From: Methanobacteriota archaeon
GTDB taxonomy: Archaea; Thermoplasmatota; Thermoplasmata; Methanomassiliicoccales; UBA472
Direction of reading: 5' to 3'
Assembly (NCBI GenBank): GCA_021372315.1
Contig: JAJFUT010000065.1
Span: 1,508-65,507, forward strand
Length of the DNA: 64,000 nucleotides
The notes under the pieces are model-generated. The model was not told the DNA's origin. It ran no database searches and saw nothing but the letters and a program-made list of their open reading frames with translations. This document shows positions 1-8,026 of this stretch, one piece after another. A program made the translations under genes and the position numbers. Position 1 is the first letter of the stretch. Every line of letters begins with the position of its first letter.

Positions 1-92
1 TCTTCGTCAAGACCGGTCTTGCATGACAGGTCCTTTATGTCGCTGGATTTGTTAAGTTGATTGTAAAGATTTTTAAAATCATCATATTTCAT
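1..92 (-). CDS. partial ORF: N-terminal ~30 codons of an unknown protein that runs off the left edge
   Basis: ATG at 92-90 (minus strand) opens MKYDDFKNLYNQLNKSSDIKDLSCKTGLDE and stays open to position 1. The segment is AT-rich, unlike the rest of the window. No recognisable motif. Confidence 0.3.
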   Translation of the reverse strand, partial: MKYDDFKNLYNQLNKSSDIKDLSCKTGLDE

Positions 93-302
93 TATTAACT
101 CACTTTATCGCTTTATGTTCCAGTGTAGAGCGGGGAGTTCTATTTTAATATATCGAACGTTCCTCAGTCACTTTCCTATCGCTGGCTAAATAAAAGTTCG
201 ATATTGCTCATATCCGAGCAATGAACATCTTTTTTATAGGGTTCGCCCATATCCCATTCAGATGCCCAGTCGTGGGTAGGTCTAATTGGAGATGGGAAAC
301 AA

Positions 303-908
303 ATGAAGCTTGATGATATACCGTTCATGCCCAAGGAGGCAGGTTCACCTTGGCTTCCGGCCAGCGTCGCAGAGGCAAGGAAGTTCGCGTATTATGGCGT
401 CGTTGCCGCGTTGATAATCCTCGTGATCGAGATCGTTCTTCTCGTGTTCTCGCTTTTTGGAGGCATAGGCGCTCTAATGTTCTCGGGAGTTTCCGGATTG
501 ATCCTAGGGGTACTGATAGTCGTGCTCGCCAAGCCGACATTGTTCGACCCGATCGACCAGGGCAAGTTCAAGGACGCTAACCTTATGTTCCTCATATGGG
601 GAGTGCTGGGGCTGGTCGTCATGATAGTCCCAGGCATATTGATACTCGTAGGGTTCTTGAAGCTCCAGAACGTGTTCTCGCCTCAGTACCAGCAGTACCA
701 GTCTCAGCAGGGGCAGATCGCAAAGGAGCAGCCCAAGACCGACTCACCAGCACAGCCAATGCCCCCTCAGCAGGAGGTCCCGGTGGCGCCCGCGGCAGAG
801 GAAAAGCCCGGGGCACAGGAGAAGGTCGAGATGGTCCGTTGCAAGAAGTGCAACGTCCAATACCCGGCGTTCATGCACCACTGCCCGAACTGCAACGAGC
901 CCCGTTAA
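303..908 (+). CDS. membrane protein with C-terminal zinc ribbon (function unknown)
   Basis: 201-aa ORF. The N-terminal two thirds is hydrophobic (several predicted TM helices). A Q/P-rich linker follows, then a C-terminal CxxC-x10-CxxC motif (CKKCNVQYPAFMHHCPNC). GGAG lies upstream of the ATG. Confidence 0.6.
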   Translation: MKLDDIPFMPKEAGSPWLPASVAEARKFAYYGVVAALIILVIEIVLLVFSLFGGIGALMFSGVSGLILGVLIVVLAKPTLFDPIDQGKFKDANLMFLIWGVLGLVVMIVPGILILVGFLKLQNVFSPQYQQYQSQQGQIAKEQPKTDSPAQPMPPQQEVPVAPAAEEKPGAQEKVEMVRCKKCNVQYPAFMHHCPNCNEPR

Positions 909-931
909 AGAACGAGGCCCCCTCAAACATC

Positions 932-1162
932 TTAGTATTTTCCAAACACCAGCGTTCCTTTCCAAATAATTCTGACGATCCTATGGTACGGTATCGTCGC
1001 GTCGCCCGTATCGAAGAAGGACCTGCCAAGGGCGACGATCGCGGCCCCTTTGATGGTCATGATATCTCCTGGAGCCCCTCTGTGGACATATGTGATCTCA
1101 GCTTCATCGAGGGAATCGTATCTCCACTTGAGCTCGTTGAGAACCTCCCGGGGGAAGACCAT
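932..1162 (-). CDS. small conserved archaeal protein, UPF0248/DUF504-like
   Basis: 76-aa ORF whose C-terminal IPYHRIVRI-type motif and size are typical of the DUF504 family. Convergent with the upstream gene. Confidence 0.5.
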   Translation of the reverse strand: MVFPREVLNELKWRYDSLDEAEITYVHRGAPGDIMTIKGAAIVALGRSFFDTGDATIPYHRIVRIIWKGTLVFGKY

Positions 1163-1225
1163 GTCCCGAACTAGCGGTCCGGCCGTTCAAAAACCTTTTT
1201 ACCGACCGGCTCTCTAGTGCACCGC

Positions 1226-2860
1226 ATGGAAGGGTCTGTCGAAGGCAATCTTGTGGACGTGGTCAACGGAAAGATCTTCCCGGCCAAGGTCCTCTTCTCA
1301 GAAGGGACGGTCACATCGATCGAGCGGATAGAGATCGCGCCGTCCCGGTTCATACTGCCGGGGTTCATCGATGCGCACATTCACATCGAATCATCCCAGC
1401 TTTGCCCTTCAAGGTTCGCTGAGACCGCCGTCGCACACGGAACGACAGGTGTCGTCTGCGACCCCCACGAGATCGCCAACGTGCTCGGGATGGACGGGAT
1501 CGGATACATGTTGGAAGATGCAAAGGGCGTGCCCCTGCGGTTCAATTTCACAGCTCCATCCTGCGTTCCCTCGACGGATTTCGAGACATCAGGGGCACGG
1601 ATCGAGGTCGAGGACATAGAGAAGCTGCTGAAGAAGAAGGAGTTCGTCGGCCTTGGAGAGATGATGAACTTCAAGGCGGTCCTCAGGAAGGACCCGGGGG
1701 CCATAGCGAAGATCAAGGCGGCCAAGTTCTTCTGGAAGCCGGTCGATGGCCATTGCCCAGGACTAACTGGCAGGGAGCTCGTCGATTACATAGATGCCGG
1801 GATAACTAGCGATCATGAATGCACCACGTCCGACGAGGCCGAAGAGAAGTTCCACATGGGGATGTGGATCATGGCGCGGGAAGGGAGCGGTCATAAGAAC
1901 CTGAGGGCGCTCCTGCCGTTCGTCAAGGCCAACGAGTGCTTCCTCGTCACGGATGATATACAGGCGGTCGATCTGGCCGAGGGGCATATCGATGCCCTGC
2001 TCAGGAAGGCGGTGCTCATGGGCGTGGACCCCATTCACGCCATCCGCGCGGTGACTGCATGGCCGTCATGGCACTACTTCCTGCCCACTGGCGTCGTTGC
2101 CGTGGGGAAGCCCGCTGACATGGTCATTGTCGAGGACATCCGGGAGTTCAAGGTCCTAGAGGTATACATCGGGGGCGAGCTCGTGGCCAAGGACGGGAGG
2201 GCGCTGTTCGCAGCCTCTCCCTTGCCACTAGCTGCCAGGACGCCAAGGCGAGAGGTCACGGTCGAGGAACTGGCCATCAAGCACGATGGCAGCGAGGCCG
2301 ACGTCAGGGCGATCGTCGCCGACCCTAACCAGATCGAGACTGCCGAGGCGATAGAGAAGCTGAAGGTAGAGAACGGGGTGATCGTTCCGGACCTCGGGAA
2401 GGACGTTCTCCTGCTGGCTGTCGTCAACAGATACAAGGAGGCCCCTCCCGCGCTCGGTTTCGTGAAGGGTTTCAAGCTCAGGAGAGGAGCCGCCGCGTCG
2501 ACCATCGCTCACGATTCGCACAACATAATCGCCATCGGCGTTGACAGGGACTCCATGGCCAAAGCGATCTCGAAGGCATCAGAACATGGCGGATATCATG
2601 TCACGGACGGGGAGGAAGAGGCATCGCTCGTCCTCAACATCGCCGGGCTCATGTCGACCGAACCCTGCGCCAAGGTCATCGAGGACGAAAGGGCCGCGAT
2701 CGAGCTCATGCGGAAGTTCGGATGTGACCTCCCGGCCCCCTTCGTCACGCTCTCGTTCCTGAGCCTGCTGGTCGTCCCGTCCCTCCGGCTTAGCGATAGA
2801 GGTCTGTTCGATTCGAGGTCCTTCAAGTTCGTCGATGCGGTGTTGGACCGCGCGAAGTGA
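1226..2860 (+). CDS. ade: adenine deaminase
   Basis: ~545 aa. Carries the amidohydrolase metal-binding motif GFIDAHIHIESS and overall adenine-deaminase-like sequence. ATG at 1226, with an alternative GTG at 1217. The stop overlaps the start of the next gene. Confidence 0.85.
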   Translation: MEGSVEGNLVDVVNGKIFPAKVLFSEGTVTSIERIEIAPSRFILPGFIDAHIHIESSQLCPSRFAETAVAHGTTGVVCDPHEIANVLGMDGIGYMLEDAKGVPLRFNFTAPSCVPSTDFETSGARIEVEDIEKLLKKKEFVGLGEMMNFKAVLRKDPGAIAKIKAAKFFWKPVDGHCPGLTGRELVDYIDAGITSDHECTTSDEAEEKFHMGMWIMAREGSGHKNLRALLPFVKANECFLVTDDIQAVDLAEGHIDALLRKAVLMGVDPIHAIRAVTAWPSWHYFLPTGVVAVGKPADMVIVEDIREFKVLEVYIGGELVAKDGRALFAASPLPLAARTPRREVTVEELAIKHDGSEADVRAIVADPNQIETAEAIEKLKVENGVIVPDLGKDVLLLAVVNRYKEAPPALGFVKGFKLRRGAAASTIAHDSHNIIAIGVDRDSMAKAISKASEHGGYHVTDGEEEASLVLNIAGLMSTEPCAKVIEDERAAIELMRKFGCDLPAPFVTLSFLSLLVVPSLRLSDRGLFDSRSFKFVDAVLDRAK

Positions 2861-3582
2861 TGGAAAAGAAATATCATCCAGCAGAACATCTCCACAGCAT
2901 TCTACAGGAAGGTGCTCAGGACATGGCGGAGATCGAGGGCTTCAGGTGCAAGGTGGTCACGTTCGACGAGATCTCGAAATGGACTTTGGACGTATCGCGC
3001 CAGATCAGGGACAGCGGATACGATCCCACGGTCATCATCGGGCTGACCCGAGGGGGATGGGTGCCAGCGAGGCTACTTTGCGACCACCTCCAGGTGAAGA
3101 AGCTCTACGCCGTGAAGACAGAGCACTGGGGCGTCACTGCCAGTCAGGATGGCAAGGCATTGCTCACGCAGGAACTGAACGTCAGCATCGAGAACGAGAA
3201 CGTACTCATCGTCGACGACATCACCGATTCGGGGGAAAGCCTGATCCTTGCCTGCGAGCACGTCAACAAGATGAGGCCGAAGGAGCTGAAGACCAGCACC
3301 CTCCTGCACATCACCCACTCGAGCACCGAGCCCGATTTCTATTCCGTCAAGGTCCCTAAGGATGTCTGGACATGGTTCATATTCCCATGGAACCTCAACG
3401 AGGACATGAGGACGCTGCTGCCCAAGACCCTTTACGAGGGGAAGACCGAGCAGGAGATCGTCGAGGCGTTCAAGGTCCAGTTCCAGATAGATGTGTCCGA
3501 GGAGCTCGTCAGGGGCACGCTGAAGGACCTCGAGGCCATGGGCAAGGCCAAGAGGACGGGAAGATACTGGGTCAAGATCTGA
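2860..3582 (+). CDS. phosphoribosyltransferase (COG2236-type purine PRT) with an extra C-terminal ~60-aa domain
   Basis: PRPP-binding loop VLIVDDITDSGESL. WTWFIFPWN motif typical of this archaeal PRT group. TGATG overlap with the ade stop (alternative GTG at 2857). See the finding on the C-terminal extension. Confidence 0.75.
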   Translation: MEKKYHPAEHLHSILQEGAQDMAEIEGFRCKVVTFDEISKWTLDVSRQIRDSGYDPTVIIGLTRGGWVPARLLCDHLQVKKLYAVKTEHWGVTASQDGKALLTQELNVSIENENVLIVDDITDSGESLILACEHVNKMRPKELKTSTLLHITHSSTEPDFYSVKVPKDVWTWFIFPWNLNEDMRTLLPKTLYEGKTEQEIVEAFKVQFQIDVSEELVRGTLKDLEAMGKAKRTGRYWVKI

Positions 3583-3675
3583 CGGCAGTTCCGATGGGCC
3601 TCTATAGGCGGGGTCCCGTTCATTTTTTAAATCTATGAGGCGATGAGCATCGTGTCGTCTCACAGATCCATTCCG

Positions 3676-4230
3676 ATGGGCAAGCTCAAGGCGAGCCTCG
3701 AATCGTCCCAGATGATAAAGAAGGGCGATTACGATTATTTCGTCCACCCGGTCACGGACGGTATCCCGCGGATGGAACCGGACATTCTGGACGAGATCGT
3801 CGACGGCTTCGTTGAGATCGGGAACCTGGACTGCGACCTCATCGTCGGTCCGGAGGCAATGGGCGTGCCCCTCGCGGCCGCCCTCTCGCTGCGCACGAGG
3901 GTGCCATACAACGTCATCCGCAAGAGAAGGTACGGGCTGCCGGGAGAGGCCGTCGTTCACCAGACCACGGGGTACTCCAATGGGGAGATGTACGTCAACG
4001 GCATCTCGAAGGGGGACCGCGTCGTGATCGTCGACGATGTGATATCCACAGGCGGCACGCTCGTCGGGACCGTCCATACGCTCCGCGGCATGGGCGTCGA
4101 GATCGTCGACGTCCTCATCGCGATCGAAAAGGGGGACGGGAAGAAGGCCTGCGAGCAGAGGCTGGGTCTGGAGATCAAGACGCTCGTGAGGATCGAGGTC
4201 CGCGATGGGCGCGTCCATCTGCTCAGTTGA
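3676..4230 (+). CDS. hpt: hypoxanthine/guanine phosphoribosyltransferase (archaeal Hpt type)
   Basis: DYDYFVHPVTDGIP signature and PRPP loop VVIVDDVISTGGTL. The ATG at 3676 gives the N-terminus MGKLKASLES, typical for the family. The ORF is open from an upstream ATG at 3643. Confidence 0.8.
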   Translation: MGKLKASLESSQMIKKGDYDYFVHPVTDGIPRMEPDILDEIVDGFVEIGNLDCDLIVGPEAMGVPLAAALSLRTRVPYNVIRKRRYGLPGEAVVHQTTGYSNGEMYVNGISKGDRVVIVDDVISTGGTLVGTVHTLRGMGVEIVDVLIAIEKGDGKKACEQRLGLEIKTLVRIEVRDGRVHLLS

Positions 4231-5011
4231 TCAGCCGCTTCTTCATCAGGTGGATCGACGCGAAGAACGCGACGACCGTCAGCATGGCGATGTATATGAG
4301 CGCGCCTACGTCGGCCAGATCGAAATAGTTGAAGCAGAGGTCCCTCACGAGCACCGAACAATGGGTCAGCGGCAACGCCAGAGCGATCAGCTGGCCCCAC
4401 TCCGGCAGCACGTACATCGGGAAGAAGGTCCCGCTGAACAGGAACATCGGGGTTATCAGCAGGAAGAACGGCCAGTTGAACGAGTCCATGTTCGGCGTGA
4501 TGGACGTGAACAGCATCGCGATCGATGCGAACATCAGTCCGCCCAGGAACGCGATGAACGGGACGAAGATGAGCCCCGGCAGGTTGGTGAGGCCGAACAG
4601 GGAAATGACGATCAGCACGATCGTAGCGTTCAGGAAGCTCTTCGTCGCCCCCCACAGGATCTCGCCGACGATGACGTCCTCTATCGACAGGGGCGTCGCT
4701 ATCATCGCATCGAAGGTCTTCTGGTAGTGCATCCTTACGAACGAGCCGTAGGTGCATTCGAAGAAGGCCCCGTACATGATCGATATCGCGACGAGCCCCG
4801 GCGCCAGGAACTCGATGTAACTGACGAAGATATCGTGCAGCCGGAGGTCCTCGCTGATGAGCACCCCGAAGCCCATGCCCATCGCCAGCAGGTACAGCAC
4901 CGGCTCCAGGAACGACGGCACGAAGTTCGTCTTCCAGGTTCTGAAGAACACGTCCCTGTTCCTCTTCCAGACCGAGATGGACCGCAGGCTGAGGTTCTCT
5001 ATGGGGTTCAT
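4223..5011 (-). CDS. ABC-2 type transporter permease
   Basis: 262 aa with about 6 hydrophobic segments. Its start overlaps the stop of the upstream ATPase gene by 4 nt. Confidence 0.8.
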   Translation of the reverse strand: MNPIENLSLRSISVWKRNRDVFFRTWKTNFVPSFLEPVLYLLAMGMGFGVLISEDLRLHDIFVSYIEFLAPGLVAISIMYGAFFECTYGSFVRMHYQKTFDAMIATPLSIEDVIVGEILWGATKSFLNATIVLIVISLFGLTNLPGLIFVPFIAFLGGLMFASIAMLFTSITPNMDSFNWPFFLLITPMFLFSGTFFPMYVLPEWGQLIALALPLTHCSVLVRDLCFNYFDLADVGALIYIAMLTVVAFFASIHLMKKRLIN

Positions 5012-5919
5012 TCTATCAGCTTCCTCCCCGTCAGTTTCAGGAACACGTCCTCGAGGGTCGCCTTCCTGATCGTCGTCGTGACGAGGCCGAACCTTTCCTT
5101 CATAATGAGGACTATGTCGTCGCAGCAGGCCGCATAGATCAGTAGCCTGTCGATGGTCCTCTCATGGTCCCATCCCTTCGACCTCACGAACGCCTCCATC
5201 TCGTCCGTGGGCTCGTCCATCTCGACGACCTCGCTGCCGATGACGTCCCTTATGAGGTCGGCCGGTCTGCCCTCGATGACGATCTTGCCCTTGTCCATGA
5301 TGACCAGCCGTTCGCAGAGCTTCTCCGCCTCGTCCATGTAGTGCGTCGTCAGGAGGACGGTGACGCCCTTCCTGCGCAGCTCCCGGATCCTTTCCCAGAT
5401 CAGATGCCTCGCCTGAGGGTCTAATCCGGTCGTCGGCTCGTCGAGTATCAGGACCTTCGGTTCGTTCATGAGCGCCCTGGCGATGATGAGCCTGCGCTTC
5501 ATCCCTCCCGAGATGTTCTCGACGTTGACATCCCTCTTCTCGGTCAGCTGCATGAACTCCAGGAGGTCGTCCGCCCTCTTCTTCGCGACCTTGGCGTCGA
5601 TATTGAAGTACCTGGCGTAGACTGTCAGGTTCTTGTGGACGGTGAAATCGGGGTCTAGGTTGTTGTCCTGCGGGGCCACACCGATGAGGTTCTTGATATC
5701 CCTCGGCCTCTCCTTGACGTCCATCCCGAGGACGGACAGCTGCCCGGACGTGATTGGGGAGGCGCAGTGTATCATCTTCATCGTGGTGCTCTTGCCGGCC
5801 CCGTTGGGCCCTAAGAAACCGAAGCACTCCCCCTCCTCGATGGCGAAGGCTATCCTGTCGACCGCGACGAACTCGTCGAACTTCTTCACCAGGTCCTTCG
5901 CTACGATGACGCTGCCCAT
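5008..5919 (-). CDS. ABC transporter ATP-binding protein (ABC-2/DrrA-like)
   Basis: Walker A GPNGAGKST, signature SGGMKRRL, Walker B LILDEPTTGLD. The ATG at 5919 (MGSVIVAKDL) is preferred to the extended ORF start at 6099. Confidence 0.9.
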   Translation of the reverse strand: MGSVIVAKDLVKKFDEFVAVDRIAFAIEEGECFGFLGPNGAGKSTTMKMIHCASPITSGQLSVLGMDVKERPRDIKNLIGVAPQDNNLDPDFTVHKNLTVYARYFNIDAKVAKKRADDLLEFMQLTEKRDVNVENISGGMKRRLIIARALMNEPKVLILDEPTTGLDPQARHLIWERIRELRRKGVTVLLTTHYMDEAEKLCERLVIMDKGKIVIEGRPADLIRDVIGSEVVEMDEPTDEMEAFVRSKGWDHERTIDRLLIYAACCDDIVLIMKERFGLVTTTIRKATLEDVFLKLTGRKLIE

Positions 5920-5982
5920 TGCCGGGAGTAACCGAATGTGAATATATTTTATGTAAGTAGGCTGAACGTAGTCGCACAATGA

Positions 5983-7608
5983 TTGCCCCGCGCCCCGGAT
6001 GGCCATGGCGTGCAGATAGAGACGGTGCTCCTCGTCATCGACATCTCCCTCCTCGGCGCAGCCCTGGGAGCCTTCACTGGTATCACCCCGGGCATACACG
6101 TCAACACGCTGGCGATGGGGGTCCTGATGGCATATCCGCTGCTGGGGAGCTTGATCGGGTCCTTGCTCGGAACGATCGGCATCGATCCCGGGCTGGCGCC
6201 ATTACTGCTCGCATGTCTTCTCATATCCGCCTCCGTCGTCCACAGCTTCCTAGACTTCATCCCGTCCGTGTTCTTCGGGGCTCCGGAGGAATCAGAGTCC
6301 CTATCGGTACTGCCTGGTCATCGCTTGCTGCTATCGGGGAGGGGGATGGACGCGATCTCATGCGCCGCCGGCGGGTCCCTCATCGGGGCGATGGCGGCGA
6401 TCTTCGCGTCCCTTCCGCTCATCCTCGCGATGGCCATGTTCCCGGACATGGTGGATAGAATAGATCCGTTCATACCCGGCCTGCTCCTATCCGCGACCTC
6501 GTTACTTTTGATGTCCCAGCGGGACCTGAAGGAAGCGGAGTGGTACATCAGGGTCCGAAGGACCTCCTTCGGGAGGATCGTGCTAGCTGGCCAACCAGTC
6601 CCTGTAGATGGCAGGGATGTCGCGCTGACGGGCATGGTCCAGAAGCGTGGTCTTGGACGTGTCATAACGACGCATACGGGCGAATGGCGTCTGAAGGGAT
6701 ATCATGGACAGGCGGACCTGCAAGTGACCGTCGAAGGGGTCTGGAAGATCAGAAGGGCACGGTGGAGGTCGAAGGCATTTGCGTTGCTGGCTTTCCTCCT
6801 GTCCGGATGGATCGGGTTCGCAGTAATGGAGGGACGTCCTTTCGGGGCGGAGCTTTTCGCAGGGTTCGACGGCAACCTTCTCTTCCCGATGCTTACCGGT
6901 CTGTTCGCCATCCCCTCCTTGATAGAATCCTCGTCTGGCGCCGGCATCCCCGAGCAGGAGATCGAGCCAAGGACAGATGCGGACATGTCCTCCTCGTTGA
7001 AGGGCGTGGGTGCCGGACTCTTCGCCGCGTGGGTGCCGGGCGTAACATCGACGGCGGGAACCGTTCTGGGAATGTCCGTCGGAGCCGGAAGGGAGGAGGA
7101 CACGGATACCTCGACCGAGCGGTTCATATCGATGTCCGCTTCGGTGGGAACGGCCGCACCCGTATTCGGCATCGCCGCGCTGACGATGACCGGCAGTGGG
7201 GGAACTGGTGTGCTCGTTGCCATCGACGACATGATGACCGGAACGGACATGTCATCTGACGCCGGCGTCAGGATGGGCGTGGTCGCCCTTTTCCTCCTGT
7301 CGGCCCTGGTGGCTTCGGTCCTTGGCTACATGCTCACCATGTGGTGCGGAAAACTTCTCGCCTCCAAGCTTTCGAACACCGACCCCTCCTCATCGTCCAA
7401 GGCGATCTTCGTGTTCGAGGTCGTGCTGGTCCTAATGCTGACGGGCATCCCCGGACTTCTGGTGCTCGCGGCATCGACGGTCGTTGGAATGTTGCCTCCG
7501 GCCGTCGGCGTGAGCCGCGTCTCTTTGACAGGGTGTCTGATCTTCCCTCTCCTGCTATCATACTCCGGCGGAGACCTGATCATCTCCGCTCTGCTCGGAG
7601 GGGCGTGA
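5983..7608 (+). CDS. TctA/DUF112-like integral membrane protein with an inserted soluble domain
   Basis: 541-aa ORF, highly hydrophobic. Two G-x-x-PG-type repeats (GITPGIHVNT near the N-terminus, AAWVPGVTST in the second half) recall the internally duplicated TctA family. The start is uncertain (ATG 5983 or GTG 6010). Confidence 0.5.
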   Translation: MPRAPDGHGVQIETVLLVIDISLLGAALGAFTGITPGIHVNTLAMGVLMAYPLLGSLIGSLLGTIGIDPGLAPLLLACLLISASVVHSFLDFIPSVFFGAPEESESLSVLPGHRLLLSGRGMDAISCAAGGSLIGAMAAIFASLPLILAMAMFPDMVDRIDPFIPGLLLSATSLLLMSQRDLKEAEWYIRVRRTSFGRIVLAGQPVPVDGRDVALTGMVQKRGLGRVITTHTGEWRLKGYHGQADLQVTVEGVWKIRRARWRSKAFALLAFLLSGWIGFAVMEGRPFGAELFAGFDGNLLFPMLTGLFAIPSLIESSSGAGIPEQEIEPRTDADMSSSLKGVGAGLFAAWVPGVTSTAGTVLGMSVGAGREEDTDTSTERFISMSASVGTAAPVFGIAALTMTGSGGTGVLVAIDDMMTGTDMSSDAGVRMGVVALFLLSALVASVLGYMLTMWCGKLLASKLSNTDPSSSSKAIFVFEVVLVLMLTGIPGLLVLAASTVVGMLPPAVGVSRVSLTGCLIFPLLLSYSGGDLIISALLGGA

Positions 7609-7609
7609 C

Positions 7610-8026
7610 GTGAGCGCCCCGATCTTCCACGCGTCCTTCGCGTTCGTCCTCTCCGTTCCGTTCCTTCGGCTGAGCGGCCTTCCGACGGAGATGGCGTTCT
7701 TTCCCGCGATCCTATCTATGATAATGGACCTGGATGCCAGCATCGCCCCCTCGGAAAGATACGAGAGCGCGTTCCATTCCCTCTGGGCCCTGCTCGCCGT
7801 CATGGCCCTCCCGCTCGCCGCCTCGATGCTATCGTTCGACACCTGCATAGCCTTCCTGCCGGCCATCGCGGTCCTCGCTCACCTGTTCCAGGACATCATC
7901 TCCGGAGAGCTCGACATCGGAGATTCGTTATACGGCATCGGCATGGCCTGGACGTTCATGCCGCGTCTGAGCAGGGCTTTGGACGTCGTCAGCCTGCCCC
8001 TTGTCCTCGTCCTCATGCTCCTCTAG
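7610..8026 (+). CDS. small integral membrane protein (possibly DUF457/YdjM-like)
   Basis: 138-aa hydrophobic ORF. The GTG start lies 1 nt after the upstream stop, suggesting translational coupling. Conserved-looking His/Asp positions (HLFQDIISGE). Weak assignment. Confidence 0.4.
   Translation: MSAPIFHASFAFVLSVPFLRLSGLPTEMAFFPAILSMIMDLDASIAPSERYESAFHSLWALLAVMALPLAASMLSFDTCIAFLPAIAVLAHLFQDIISGELDIGDSLYGIGMAWTFMPRLSRALDVVSLPLVLVLMLL

Noticed and set aside
3073-4218. 381-aa ORF on the minus strand spanning both phosphoribosyltransferase genes
   Set aside because: - It is antisense to two genes with clear PRT motifs.
- Its product is Arg/Asp/Pro/Leu-rich and low in complexity, typical of shadow ORFs in high-GC DNA.
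- It has no recognisable domain.
5920-6099. N-terminal extension of the ABC ATPase ORF (track start at 6099), and similar extended ORF starts at 10299 (PolB-like), 11225 (RadB-like), 17744, 19927, 21690, 22487, 25931, 58379 and 59432
   Set aside because: - The extensions overlap the neighbouring gene or promoter region.
- They do not resemble the N-termini of the respective families.
- Internal ATGs sit exactly at stop/start junctions, or downstream of TATA-like boxes, and give family-typical N-termini.
8023-8026. TAG stop codons considered as possible pyrrolysine read-through sites, given a possibly Pyl-decoding lineage. They comprise the shared CTAG for the convergent genes at 8023-8026, the cbf5 stop at 12305-12307, and the ABC ATPase stop at 54548-54550.
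   Set aside because: - The protein ends match family-typical C-termini.
- The downstream frames either overlap the next gene's start or run into unrelated sequence.
- No methylamine methyltransferase or pyl genes are in the window.
- TAG appears to be used as an ordinary stop here.
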